Source of the DNA: Candidatus Thorarchaeota archaeon
GTDB lineage: Archaea; Asgardarchaeota; Thorarchaeia; Thorarchaeales; Thorarchaeaceae
NCBI GenBank assembly: GCA_048882045.1
Contig: JBHLRZ010000010.1
Span: 13,939 to 77,938, forward strand
Direction: 5' to 3'
DNA length: 64,000 nt
In this document: positions 37,288-47,290 of the stretch, piece after piece
How the letters are laid out: each line of letters opens with the position of its first letter
Position numbering within the stretch: the stretch's first letter is position 1
The notes under the pieces: model-generated
Told to the model about the DNA's origin: nothing
Seen by the model: only the letters and a program-made list of their open reading frames with translations
Database searches by the model: none
Program-made: the position numbers and the translations under genes

Positions 37288-38427
37288 TTGGGTCGCAACT
37301 ACAAAATAGCAGTACTTCCAGGAGACGGAATCGGAAGAGAGGTCATTCCAGAGGCTATCAAGGTGCTGAGAGAGGCCTCAACTATCACTGGTCTCCAACT
37401 TGACATCCATGAATTTGAGTGTGGAGGGCAATACTACCTCGAACATGAGAGGGAATGGTCTGAAGAAGCAGAAGATTTCACTAAGAAAGAGGCGGATGCA
37501 ATCCTGCTTGGAGGGATTGGAGGAACTGACCAAGCAGGTAATGTCGTCAGATTACACGATGGCAATCTAGCTGGATACAACATCGTGATTGGGTTGAGGC
37601 AGGACCTTGACCTTTATGCTAATGTACGACCAGTGAAATTATACCATGGAGTTCCAACACCTCTAGCTAACAAACGTCCTGAAGATATCGACATGGTCAT
37701 TGTAAGAGAAAACACTGAAGGACTCTACACTCCTGTACGAGGGAGGGTGTCAGATTCTGACAGAGAGCTTGCGTTTGATCTGCGATTGATTACAGCAAAG
37801 GGGTCAGAACGTGTGGCAAGGTATGCATTCAATCTGGCCATGAAAAGAAACGGAGCTCCTGTTGACAAACAGAAGAGAGTGACCTGTGTCGACAAGAGCA
37901 ATCTCCTTGCAGGCTGTAAATTGTTCAGAGAGTCTTTCGACAAGGTATCAACAGAGTTCAAAGAAGTATCCAAAGACTATGCCTATGTTGATGCATGGAC
38001 ACTCTTGGCTTTGAAACAACCAGAGTTCTACGATGTTGTTGTTGCACCAAATGCCTTTGGTGATATAATCAGCGATTTAGGAGGAGCGATTCAAGGAGGA
38101 TTGGGTGTCGCTCCATCCGGCAATATCGGAGAGAAACATGGAATGTTTGAACCAGTCCACGGATCAGCCCCAGACATTGCGGGAACATATCAAGCTAATC
38201 CGATAGCTGCAATACTGTCAACTGCAATGATGCTAGAATGGCTGGGTACCAAACATAATGACGCAATATCAACTCAGGCTGCTGAATCAATTAGGTGTGC
38301 AGTAGAAAGTGTCCTACATGAAGGGCAGGACCGTACTGTAGACTTATGTAGAGGAAGATGGCAAAAAGTAAAGCCTGCAACCACTCTAGAAGTGGGCATA
38401 GCAATCGTCAAGAGAATCAAGGGGTGA
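37288..38427 (+). CDS. leuB: Isocitrate/isopropylmalate dehydrogenase family protein (exact substrate not resolved)
   Basis: PGDGIG.EV, RENTEG.Y, N.FGDIISD, EPVHGSAPDIAG. Confidence 0.8.
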   Translation: MGRNYKIAVLPGDGIGREVIPEAIKVLREASTITGLQLDIHEFECGGQYYLEHEREWSEEAEDFTKKEADAILLGGIGGTDQAGNVVRLHDGNLAGYNIVIGLRQDLDLYANVRPVKLYHGVPTPLANKRPEDIDMVIVRENTEGLYTPVRGRVSDSDRELAFDLRLITAKGSERVARYAFNLAMKRNGAPVDKQKRVTCVDKSNLLAGCKLFRESFDKVSTEFKEVSKDYAYVDAWTLLALKQPEFYDVVVAPNAFGDIISDLGGAIQGGLGVAPSGNIGEKHGMFEPVHGSAPDIAGTYQANPIAAILSTAMMLEWLGTKHNDAISTQAAESIRCAVESVLHEGQDRTVDLCRGRWQKVKPATTLEVGIAIVKRIKG

Positions 38428-38431
38428 GAGA

Positions 38432-39697
38432 ATGGGGAAGACTCTAGCTGAGAAGATATTGGGCAGTCACACAAATGATGGAGATGCAAGCGCTGGAGAG
38501 ATTGTTGAGGCACGAGTAGACCTCCTTATGGTTCATGAGGTGCTAGGCTCCAGAATTCTACCCATCCTTGACGAGATGAATTTCAAGAAGGTGTGGAACC
38601 CTAACAGAGTGCTTGTTGTCAATGACCACTGGGCGCCAGCCTCAGATATCAATAGCGCAGAAATCCATCGAAGAAACAGGAACTTCGTGAAAGAGCAAGG
38701 CATCACAAACTTCTGTGACGTGGATTGCGGCATCTCACATCAAGTCCTCCCTGAGATGGGGCTGGTGGTTCCAGGTGCGTTGATTGTGGGCAGTGATTCT
38801 CATTCCACAACATATGGAGCATTCAATGCTTTCTCAACTGGCTTGGCAGCAACAGATTCAGCACTGATTCTAGCCACAGGAGAGATTTGGTTCAGAGTAC
38901 CGGAAACTCTGAAGATTATTGTAGAGGGAGAGATTCCAGAAAGGGTGATGAGTAAGGACCTGATTTTGAAGATTATCAGCGAACTGGGTCCTGATGGAGC
39001 GAACTATCAATCTATGGAATTTCATGGTCCGACCATTGACACCATGAGTGTAGGCGAACGGATGACAATGTGCAACATGACAGTTGAGGCAGGGGCGAAG
39101 TGTGCTCCAATGCCCATCAATCAGGACGTGAGGTTCTGGATGGAGGACTATGCACCTAAGAAGAAGTGGAAAGAGGTCTCGGTCGATGCAGATGCTGATT
39201 ATATCGATGAACGTCAATATGACCTGTCGGACGAACCACTGGAACCAACGGTTGCACCGCCGGATCTCCCAACAAACGGAAAGCCTGTGGCAGAAGTTGC
39301 AGGAGTTCCAATCGATCAGGCTTTCATTGGTTCGTGTACCAACGGTAGGCTCGGGGACTTGATAATAGCAGCAGAGATTCTGAAAGGCAAGAAAGTGAAG
39401 GAAGGAGTTCGACTAATCATCACTCCTGCGAGTAAAGCGACCTACATGGAAGCGCTGGAAAGAAGCATCATCAAGATACTGATGGATGCAGGTGGCATAG
39501 TGACCAACTCGACTTGTGGTGCGTGTGTTGGAGGTCACTTGGGAGTATTAGGGGCTGGTGAAGTGTGTATTTCCAGTACAAACCGTAACTTCAGAGGAAG
39601 AATGGGGCATCAAGACTCACGTATCTATCTGGCCTCTCCAGCCACTGTAGCAGCAAGTGCCCTGAAAGGCGTGATTACGGACCCGAGGAGTGTTTGA
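38432..39697 (+). CDS. leuC: 3-isopropylmalate dehydratase/homoaconitase large subunit
   Basis: DSHSTTYGA, IGSCTNGR, CGACVG, STNRNF.GRMG. Confidence 0.88.
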   Translation: MGKTLAEKILGSHTNDGDASAGEIVEARVDLLMVHEVLGSRILPILDEMNFKKVWNPNRVLVVNDHWAPASDINSAEIHRRNRNFVKEQGITNFCDVDCGISHQVLPEMGLVVPGALIVGSDSHSTTYGAFNAFSTGLAATDSALILATGEIWFRVPETLKIIVEGEIPERVMSKDLILKIISELGPDGANYQSMEFHGPTIDTMSVGERMTMCNMTVEAGAKCAPMPINQDVRFWMEDYAPKKKWKEVSVDADADYIDERQYDLSDEPLEPTVAPPDLPTNGKPVAEVAGVPIDQAFIGSCTNGRLGDLIIAAEILKGKKVKEGVRLIITPASKATYMEALERSIIKILMDAGGIVTNSTCGACVGGHLGVLGAGEVCISSTNRNFRGRMGHQDSRIYLASPATVAASALKGVITDPRSV

Positions 39698-39700
39698 ACT

Positions 39701-40204
39701 ATGAGTAAGGACTTTAGTAACATCACTGGTCGTGCATGGGTGTTTGGAAATAACATCAACACTGACCAGATCATTCAAGGCCAATACCTCACACTCCTAG
39801 ACTACAGCGAGATGACAAAGCACACCTTCGAGATTCCAAGACCCGTCTTTGCATCTAAAGTGAAGCAGAATGACATTGTCATAGCAGGAACCAACTTCGG
39901 AAGTGGTTCTTCACGTGAAGAAGCTCCAAAGGTTCTCAAGCACAGTGGTATTGGTTGCGTGGTTGCAGAGTCTTTCGCTCGGATATTCTACAGGAACTCA
40001 TTCAATGTAGGATTGCCATTGTTGATCATTCCGAACATTGGAAAGCTCGTCAAAGACGGGAAGACTGTTACTGTCAATCTCTGGAAAGGCACACTGGCAA
40101 TCAAGGATGATGGTGTTACACTACATGGGAATCCACTCCCTGAGAAGATGGTTGAAATTCTTAGGGCTGGTGGAGCTGTGCCCTGGTTCAAAAAACACTC
40201 ATGA
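39701..40204 (+). CDS. leuD: 3-isopropylmalate dehydratase/homoaconitase small subunit
   Basis: NINTDQII, NFGSGSSREEA, SFARIFYRN. Confidence 0.88.
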   Translation: MSKDFSNITGRAWVFGNNINTDQIIQGQYLTLLDYSEMTKHTFEIPRPVFASKVKQNDIVIAGTNFGSGSSREEAPKVLKHSGIGCVVAESFARIFYRNSFNVGLPLLIIPNIGKLVKDGKTVTVNLWKGTLAIKDDGVTLHGNPLPEKMVEILRAGGAVPWFKKHS

Positions 40205-40279
40205 TCTCCAAAAGGTGGCAAAACACTAAAAGGAGTCACTCTGTGGACAAGACAGTAACCTTGATTGTGAGGACACTGG

Positions 40280-42064
40280 ATGAACGTAATCTTCTTTCTA
40301 TTCATTAGTTTGATTCTTCATGCGATTCCAATCCCGTTCAGGACTGAAATGCTGAAGCCAAACAGACTGATCAAATGGCTTCCATTTAGACTGATTTGGG
40401 GATCTGTGGCATGGGCTATAATAACTCTCTTGATGGTCTCAACCCTTCCTTGGGCAATACTGACCCTTCTCACGAGTCTAGGACTGCTTTTGATTTTCTC
40501 AAGCGGATTCAGGGGCGGCGATATTGAAGAGGTCCTGCAGGGAATTAGAGTGCCTCTGACTTGTATTGGACTTTTAGTCATCATTCTGGTCCCAGCATTC
40601 TCAGGAATCATCAGCTGGACTTCTGATGTATCAAATGCGAACTACTTCGATGGCAAAATCATTGAAAGTGATGAACCACTGTTTAATACGACAATTCCTG
40701 ACAATATGGTGCGTTTGGTGACTGAAGAATATGCTATGTACGTTGCAAGACAGCATCTCTCACCCTTTGGATCTAATGTCTATGTTGCGGCTGCACATAT
40801 CACTACGAGAAATGACAAGTTAGTATGGGTGTGTACAATAGTATCGACCAATGTCTTGGCAGAGAACTTCATCAAAGGATTCATCGTGGTTGATGCCAAT
40901 GATCCACAGTCTGAAACACCTGACTTGATCCAAGGTACAAACATTACTGTTGGAGAAGGTCTCTTCTGGGACCGCAATATTCAGTTTGGAAACTACTTGA
41001 ATGACATGACTTCAAGCTATGAGTATGCCTACCCAACATGGGATCCCGACGGCGATATGGTCTATGTTCAGACCAGAACGCCGATTGGTTTCGACTTTGT
41101 CGAGAGGGCTAGCGGACCAGTTCTCTATTATGAGAATGGTTCAGTATTCAGCTATGCAACCATCGAAGAAACCCCAGATTGGGTCACTCAGGCATATGGC
41201 GAAGAGTATCTAGAGCGACAGATCTCAAGATGGGGTGGCTACAGGCGAGGTGACGGATTCGATCTCTTTGCAGGTGGATTCCTCTGGGTCATTGCGCCTT
41301 CAAACAACCGATTGGAGATTCATGAAGACACGCGATACATCATAAATCCTGACACTAACCGAGTAGAAGCTTTCATAGCAATGAATCCCGTGACAGCTAC
41401 AAGAACCCTTGCAGGTGTATTCAGGGCTACAAAGGATGAGATATACTACCATGACCTGAGTGGAGAGGGATATGTCAGCGGCGATGCAGCTGCAGCCAAT
41501 GTTGTTGCAGTTTTAGGAAAGCCAGCAAGTGGAGAGTATTTTGGTGCAATGCCACTTCTCTATCCAGTCGTGATCAACTCAACACTGACCAAATGGACAT
41601 GGTATGCACCTATCTATTGGGCAGACTATGCCTATGATGAGGAATCTGAATCCTACACCGCGACAAACATGCGACTCATTGCATTAGGGATGGTGGATGC
41701 GTCCAACATCGATAGGTTTGCTTGGAAACTTCTTGAAGGAGGTCTTTCAGGAGAGGAACTCGTGCATTCTGTACGGACGGAATATGTAGAGTTGTTGGGA
41801 GGAACAGTAGAACCAGAGCCCACTGGAACCTTCGAGATGACTGCATCAGTCGTGAACAAGACGAGCTATGTAGACGGTGGTGACACTCACATAGTACTCA
41901 AGACCGATAATGCAACATATCCATACATCGAGGGAGCTCGGGACTGGATGAATCTGACAGACTGGTATACACTACTCAACGACATCGGAGTTGGAAACTC
42001 TTTCACAGCAACCATCCAAATCGTTGGTGACATGTATCGGATAATTGCTATATTTAAGAACTAG
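40280..42064 (+). CDS. Membrane protein with large extracytoplasmic domain
   Basis: Four N-terminal TMs followed by a ~480-aa soluble domain with N-glycosylation sequons. Confidence 0.7.
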   Translation: MNVIFFLFISLILHAIPIPFRTEMLKPNRLIKWLPFRLIWGSVAWAIITLLMVSTLPWAILTLLTSLGLLLIFSSGFRGGDIEEVLQGIRVPLTCIGLLVIILVPAFSGIISWTSDVSNANYFDGKIIESDEPLFNTTIPDNMVRLVTEEYAMYVARQHLSPFGSNVYVAAAHITTRNDKLVWVCTIVSTNVLAENFIKGFIVVDANDPQSETPDLIQGTNITVGEGLFWDRNIQFGNYLNDMTSSYEYAYPTWDPDGDMVYVQTRTPIGFDFVERASGPVLYYENGSVFSYATIEETPDWVTQAYGEEYLERQISRWGGYRRGDGFDLFAGGFLWVIAPSNNRLEIHEDTRYIINPDTNRVEAFIAMNPVTATRTLAGVFRATKDEIYYHDLSGEGYVSGDAAAANVVAVLGKPASGEYFGAMPLLYPVVINSTLTKWTWYAPIYWADYAYDEESESYTATNMRLIALGMVDASNIDRFAWKLLEGGLSGEELVHSVRTEYVELLGGTVEPEPTGTFEMTASVVNKTSYVDGGDTHIVLKTDNATYPYIEGARDWMNLTDWYTLLNDIGVGNSFTATIQIVGDMYRIIAIFKN

Positions 42065-42069
42065 ATGAG

Positions 42070-42105
42070 GGGAGGGGGTTTTCCCCCTTCCATTCATTTC
42101 TTTTC
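42070..42105 (+). terminator. Hairpin plus U-tract terminator
   Basis: GGGAGGGGG-TTTT-CCCCCTTCC, then ATTCATTTCTTTTC, between convergent genes. Confidence 0.65.
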
Positions 42106-42108
42106 GTG

Positions 42109-43278
42109 CTAACTAGGAAAGAAGTCCTTGAAGACTTCACGCTGGATGAGGAATCGTAGAATCTCAGCGGTCCCCCCACCAATTGTCATGAGTCGTGCAT
42201 CTCGCATGAAGCGTTCCACGGGATAGTCTGTTGTATATCCCATTCCCCCTAGTATTTGAATTGCGTCGTTTGTGATTTGGACTGCAGCCTCTGTGGTGAA
42301 CAACTTGGCTATTGATGCCTGTTTAGTTATTGGCTCTCCTCGGTCATACATTCTTGCTGCAGTAAGGGTGAGGGCACGACCAGCCTCCAGCTTCATGTAC
42401 ATATCGGATATTTTGAAGCTCACTCCTTCAAAGGCACGAATAGGTCGACCGAATTGATGGCGTTCGTTCGCATACTTTACCGAAATCTCATAGGGAGTGC
42501 GCGCATATCCAATCGCTTCTCCAGCAATTGCTGTTCTCTCACTATCAAGTTCATCCATGAGAATGTGGAATCCCTGTCCAGGTTTCCCAAGAAGCATATC
42601 ACTAGGAACTCTGACATCCTCCAGTTTCAACCAAGAGACTCGAGCAGATTTCATTCCTAGTAATTCATGGTCTTGGACTACAGTAAATCCATCCATGTTT
42701 TTGTCCACGATGAATGCAGACATTCCATCCTTGGATTTCACTTTGGGATCAGTAATAGCGAAGGCACACATGAAGTCTGCTTGACTTCCATTCGTGATGA
42801 AACGTTTCTCACCGTTTAGAATCCAGTCGTCTCCATCCTTCACAGCAGTTGTCTTCATCCCAGCAGTATCACTTCCCACATCAGGTTCTGTGATACCGAT
42901 ACATCCTATCTTTTCGCCAGCAACGACTGGCTCTAGGAATTTCTTCTTCTGCTCACGTGTGCCAAAGCGTGCGAGAGGCATCCCATATAGCGTTGTTGAA
43001 GCCATCCTAGCCATGTCGAGACCGCCGTTCACAGCAGAAATCTCCTCAGCCACAATGATCTCATAGGAGAGACCCTTCTCGGTTCCACCTACGGACCTGT
43101 CATGATGGACTCCCATGTAGCCCGCTTTGCCTATCTTGCGAAGAAGTTCCCGAGGATATGGACCCTTGTCAATCTCATCTGCAATCGGTGCAATCTCTTT
43201 TGCACAAAACTCCTGTATCTCCCTTCTGAAGGCGATTTCATCATCTGTCCAGAGTGCATTTGATAGATAGTCGACCAT
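42109..43278 (-). CDS. Acyl-CoA dehydrogenase
   Basis: TEPDVGSD, LNGEKRFITNG, R.QFGRPI, QILGGMGY, ERFMRDAR...I.GGT.EI. Confidence 0.95.
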   Translation of the reverse strand: MVDYLSNALWTDDEIAFRREIQEFCAKEIAPIADEIDKGPYPRELLRKIGKAGYMGVHHDRSVGGTEKGLSYEIIVAEEISAVNGGLDMARMASTTLYGMPLARFGTREQKKKFLEPVVAGEKIGCIGITEPDVGSDTAGMKTTAVKDGDDWILNGEKRFITNGSQADFMCAFAITDPKVKSKDGMSAFIVDKNMDGFTVVQDHELLGMKSARVSWLKLEDVRVPSDMLLGKPGQGFHILMDELDSERTAIAGEAIGYARTPYEISVKYANERHQFGRPIRAFEGVSFKISDMYMKLEAGRALTLTAARMYDRGEPITKQASIAKLFTTEAAVQITNDAIQILGGMGYTTDYPVERFMRDARLMTIGGGTAEILRFLIQREVFKDFFPS

Positions 43279-43341
43279 CGTAGACCCCTATGTTTTGAAG
43301 AAATAACTTGCTAAAATAACTAACTGGAGATGCAACTTGCA

Positions 43342-43665
43342 TCATGAATCAAGATTAAACAAGAACCGCTCTTCAGAGTCTAAAGAAAGAATCACGCTGT
43401 CACCAATCTCCAGAGTAGACAAGTCATTATCCTTGGCTAGACAAAGGACCACTGCCCCATACTCGAGTTCAACAAGTGCCATCATTAGGGGAGGTTCAAA
43501 TCCCTCCGGAGGCATCTGGAGTGTGGTGAAGCTTGCAACTGTTCCCTCACCCTCTATTTCCAATAAGTCCATCGTCCCAGATTTTGGTCCGCAGTATGGA
43601 CAGATTTCACGAGGGGGGACAATGGCTCGTTCACACTCCTGGCATCGAGAGGCTGTAATCTTCAA
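43342..43665 (-). CDS. Zn-ribbon/OB-fold protein (DUF35)
   Basis: CQEC...PPREICPYC; G.VASFT. Confidence 0.9.
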   Translation of the reverse strand: MKITASRCQECERAIVPPREICPYCGPKSGTMDLLEIEGEGTVASFTTLQMPPEGFEPPLMMALVELEYGAVVLCLAKDNDLSTLEIGDSVILSLDSEERFLFNLDS

Positions 43666-43758
43666 CCCTGTATCACAAGAAAATACTGAGTTTCACCGGT
43701 GAAAAGGTTTCTGTCAAATGACCATTGGGACTGTCGAGTCTTGATGTGAATCATGAAT

Positions 43759-44922
43759 CTAGATACTAAATAGTCCAACACACATGTTGTTGCCAAAGCC
43801 GCCTATGTTATGTGTCAGTCCAATTTTGGGAGAATCGACTTGGAGACCTGAAGGTGCGTTGCCAACAAGTTGCTGGTAGATATCATGAATCTGTGCGATT
43901 CCTGTAGCTCCTGTGGGATGACCTCTTGCCTTCAGACCACCAGTCGCGTTTACAGGGATGTCCCCGTCAATCTCGGTCTTTCCCTCCTTTACAAGGTCAA
44001 TTGCATGGCCTCGTTCGATCAGACCAATGTCCTCCATATTGATGAGTTCAAGTATGGAGAATGCATCATGGAGCTCACAAATGCCAACATCACCAGGGTT
44101 GATCTTTGCCATTCTGAATGCCTTTTCAGCTGCTGCAACTGTTGCACCGAAAGAGGTCATTGAGAGTCTGTGTTGGACAGCATGATAGTCTGTTCCATGT
44201 CCAACTCCAAGAACTCTGACAGCCTGATCCTTCAGTTTCAAGTCTTTCAAGATTCTGTCAGATGCCAGAACTATAGATGCGGCTCCATCAGATGTCGGAC
44301 AACAATCGAACAACGTTAGTGGTTCCGCAACAATCCTACTATTGTTGACTTTCTCAATAGAAATCTCCTTTTGAAAATGAGCCAGTGGATTCTTTGCTCC
44401 ATTTCTATGCGCCTTGACAGGAATGAGGGAAAGCTCATCTCTTGTCAAACCATAATCATGCATGTAGCGTCGTGCGACCATCGCAGCAAGAGCCGTAGGA
44501 GTGGCTCCATATCTGATTTCATTCTCATACGACATCATCTTGGCAAGGATTTTCGACGCAGTTCCTCTGTCTACCTCTGACATCTTTTCAACTCCAATGA
44601 CTAGGACAAGGTCAGAGTATCCAGAAGCAATCATTGTGAATCCAACCTCGAAAGCACTTGATCCTGAGGAAGGTCCAGTTTCAACACGAGTCGCTCCCGC
44701 TGGAACAATCCCAAGACGGTCTGCCAGAAGTGTTGAAAGATGACCTATACCAACAAACTCGTCAGGATTCTGAGAAGATACAACCAGATGGTCAAACTTT
44801 AGCTCTAGAGTCATTGACTGTGTCAACGCTTTAGATGCAGCCAATTCAGACAAATGAATCAGAGTATCATCAAGAATCCCAAAAGGAGTCATTCCAGCAC
44901 CAATGACGTTCACTGACTCCAT
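43759..44922 (-). CDS. Thiolase-superfamily protein lacking the N-terminal catalytic Cys
   Basis: VETGPSSG in place of VENACASG; DCCPTSDGAA, ELHDAF, GGLKARGHP.GATG, HNIGG. Confidence 0.88.
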   Translation of the reverse strand: MESVNVIGAGMTPFGILDDTLIHLSELAASKALTQSMTLELKFDHLVVSSQNPDEFVGIGHLSTLLADRLGIVPAGATRVETGPSSGSSAFEVGFTMIASGYSDLVLVIGVEKMSEVDRGTASKILAKMMSYENEIRYGATPTALAAMVARRYMHDYGLTRDELSLIPVKAHRNGAKNPLAHFQKEISIEKVNNSRIVAEPLTLFDCCPTSDGAASIVLASDRILKDLKLKDQAVRVLGVGHGTDYHAVQHRLSMTSFGATVAAAEKAFRMAKINPGDVGICELHDAFSILELINMEDIGLIERGHAIDLVKEGKTEIDGDIPVNATGGLKARGHPTGATGIAQIHDIYQQLVGNAPSGLQVDSPKIGLTHNIGGFGNNMCVGLFSI

Positions 44923-44932
44923 GTATAGGACC

Positions 44933-45457
44933 TCATTCAATGAGTACCAGAAGGTCATTAGGTGTGACCATTGTTCCCACCTCAACGTTGACCTCCTTCA
45001 CGGTCCCCCCTGACCCAGCCTTCAGTTCATTGAACATCTTCATGGCTTCTAGGATGACAACGGTGGCTCCGGATTTGATTTTATCACCTACTTTGATACG
45101 CACTTCGGTGATTTTACCTGGCATCGGAGGATAGATACCTCCTGAAATTTTTGGTCCAGCAGAAGATCCAGCCGCACTCTTCACTGCTTCTTCTTCCCGC
45201 ACTCGTTCCCACTCCAGAACTCTCTCCTCGCCATTTATTTCAAGAGTAATGTTCTTTCCAGACCTCTTTAGAATCTTGAGAGAGTAGTCAGAAGATGTAT
45301 CATTGACAGTCCAATTACCTTCATCATCCTGGAATGGCTTCATTGTATAGCTCTGGTCCCCAACACTGATCACGAGAAGACCACCTTCATCGAGCATCTT
45401 GACATCAACATCGAATGATTTCTCGTCAAGGAGTGCTTTGTATTTACTGGGACTCAC
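44933..45457 (-). CDS. Biotin carboxyl carrier protein
   Basis: PMPGKI...LEAMKMFNE; GTG start at 45457, just after the upstream stop. Confidence 0.9.
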   Translation of the reverse strand: MSPSKYKALLDEKSFDVDVKMLDEGGLLVISVGDQSYTMKPFQDDEGNWTVNDTSSDYSLKILKRSGKNITLEINGEERVLEWERVREEEAVKSAAGSSAGPKISGGIYPPMPGKITEVRIKVGDKIKSGATVVILEAMKMFNELKAGSGGTVKEVNVEVGTMVTPNDLLVLIE

Positions 45458-45458
45458 T

Positions 45459-47039
45459 TCACCCTCTCCTTCGACCACGCATGATGTCTTTGCGTCCAGC
45501 AGTTGACCACGCAGATGAGGACCTGTCCCACTGTCCAGGAGTATAGGTTGCTGTTCTGCCAACCACTAAATCAGACCGCCCTGCATCAGACCAAGACTGC
45601 GCACGATCTGCAGCAGTTGCAAGAGAACCAGGTCCTGCACCATTCATGTGAAGAACAGCTGCTGCAAGTGCGACCTCTTGTTCAGGCGTCATGGTCCCTC
45701 TACTCTTCCTCTGGGCCTTACGTTTGAGAAATTCCAGAGCATATTGTGGATACAGAGCATAGGAAACGAGGTCTCTCGGTTCATGTGGAATGTCTTTCAA
45801 CGCCTCACGAGCTGCTGGAAGCTCAGGTTCAAGCATGTCTGCAGGTCTACAGTCTAAAGGTTTCTCATCTCCTATGGCTTTCTTCTGGACCTCAGGATCA
45901 ATCTCAGCTGGTGGACGACCATAGTAGCCACGGATGTATTGCTTGACCTCAGTCGGAATCATACTATACCTCTTGCCCGTAATCACGTTGAGTGTAGCTT
46001 GGGTTCCCACAATCTGGCTTGATGGAGTGACAAGTGGAGGATATCCAAGTTCAGCTCTCACCCTGGGAACCTCTGCCAGGACCTCATCATAGCGGTCAAG
46101 GGCGCCCTGCTCTCGCAGCTGATTGTCAAGATTGGAGAGCATTCCACCAGGAATCTGGAATTGGAGAACCTGTGGATTGACTCCCTGGAGGCTCCCCTCG
46201 AACTGACCGTACTTTCTCCGTATCTTTCGGAAGTAGTTTGCTATCTCTGAGAGGAGGTTCAGGTCAAGACCTGTGTCTCTCTTTGTACCTTTCAACGCTT
46301 CAACAATCGACTCTGTTGCAGGTTGTGATGTGGCCATGGAGAGTGCTGAAATTGCACAGTCGACAACATCTACTCCTGCCTCAGCACCCTTCAGATATGC
46401 CATCGCAGCCATACCACTGGTATAGTGTGAGTGGAGTTGAATAGGTATATCAATCTCCTGCTTGAGCTTCGTGACGAGATCAAAGGCTGCCTCAGGTGAG
46501 ATGAGACCAGCCATATCTTTGATGCATATTGAATCAGCATCACGGGCGTAGAGTTCCTTCGCCATTTCCACAAACTTGTCATTCGTATGGAACGGACTCA
46601 ATGTGTAGCAGAAGCTTGCCTGAACATGACCACCCTCACGCTTGACAAACTTCATTGCAGCCTCCATGTTTCGAATATCATTGAGTGCGTCAAAGATTCT
46701 GAAGACATCGATTCCCACTTTTACAGATTCGTGCACAAACCCCTCAAGAACGTCGTCACTATAGTGGCGATAACCAACCACATTCTGTGCTCGTAATAAA
46801 CACTGGAATCTGGTTTTTGGTATAGCTTCTCGAAGTTTTTCAACTCGCTCCCACGGGTCTTCATCAAGAAAGCGCATCATTGAGTCAAATGTTGCTCCAC
46901 CGAACATCTCGAGAGACCAATATCCTACCTGATCTAGCTTCTCACAGATAGGAAGCATGTCCTCAGTTCGCATTCTAGTTGCTAGAAGGGATTGATGCGC
47001 ATCTCGAAGAACAGTGTCACAAATCATCAATTTCGACAT
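45459..47039 (-). CDS. Pyruvate/oxaloacetate carboxyltransferase subunit (PycB/OadA/transcarboxylase 5S family), no fused biotinyl domain
   Basis: LRDAHQSLLATRM, GGATFD, IKDMAG, HSH.TSG, PGGM.SN, PPLVTP.SQIVG.QA. Confidence 0.9.
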   Translation of the reverse strand: MSKLMICDTVLRDAHQSLLATRMRTEDMLPICEKLDQVGYWSLEMFGGATFDSMMRFLDEDPWERVEKLREAIPKTRFQCLLRAQNVVGYRHYSDDVLEGFVHESVKVGIDVFRIFDALNDIRNMEAAMKFVKREGGHVQASFCYTLSPFHTNDKFVEMAKELYARDADSICIKDMAGLISPEAAFDLVTKLKQEIDIPIQLHSHYTSGMAAMAYLKGAEAGVDVVDCAISALSMATSQPATESIVEALKGTKRDTGLDLNLLSEIANYFRKIRRKYGQFEGSLQGVNPQVLQFQIPGGMLSNLDNQLREQGALDRYDEVLAEVPRVRAELGYPPLVTPSSQIVGTQATLNVITGKRYSMIPTEVKQYIRGYYGRPPAEIDPEVQKKAIGDEKPLDCRPADMLEPELPAAREALKDIPHEPRDLVSYALYPQYALEFLKRKAQRKSRGTMTPEQEVALAAAVLHMNGAGPGSLATAADRAQSWSDAGRSDLVVGRTATYTPGQWDRSSSAWSTAGRKDIMRGRRRG

Positions 47040-47290
47040 TGTAGACCAAAAATGTTCAGTGTGCCTCTACATATAGTCGTTCTGATTTGGTCGAGGGGAC
47101 TATTTTGAAAATCCATAGCATACACCCCACGTGCCAGACCACCATTCATACATCACAGCAGAAGAAACTCATAAAGAGCTGAGCAATAAATGTTATCTGA
47201 AATTTCGCTTCTGTTGTCAAGAAGACGTGGAGCTTCTGGAGGACTTACACAAGAACCGTACAGAAGGTAGTAAATTGTTGGTGGTTGTAT

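Noticed and set aside
902-46796. Many 60-150-aa ORFs antisense to or nested in long genes (e.g. 13031-13444, 18849-19307, 20748-21278, 24916-25332, 29496-29906)
   Set aside because: Shadow ORFs of well-supported genes, with no motifs or RBS
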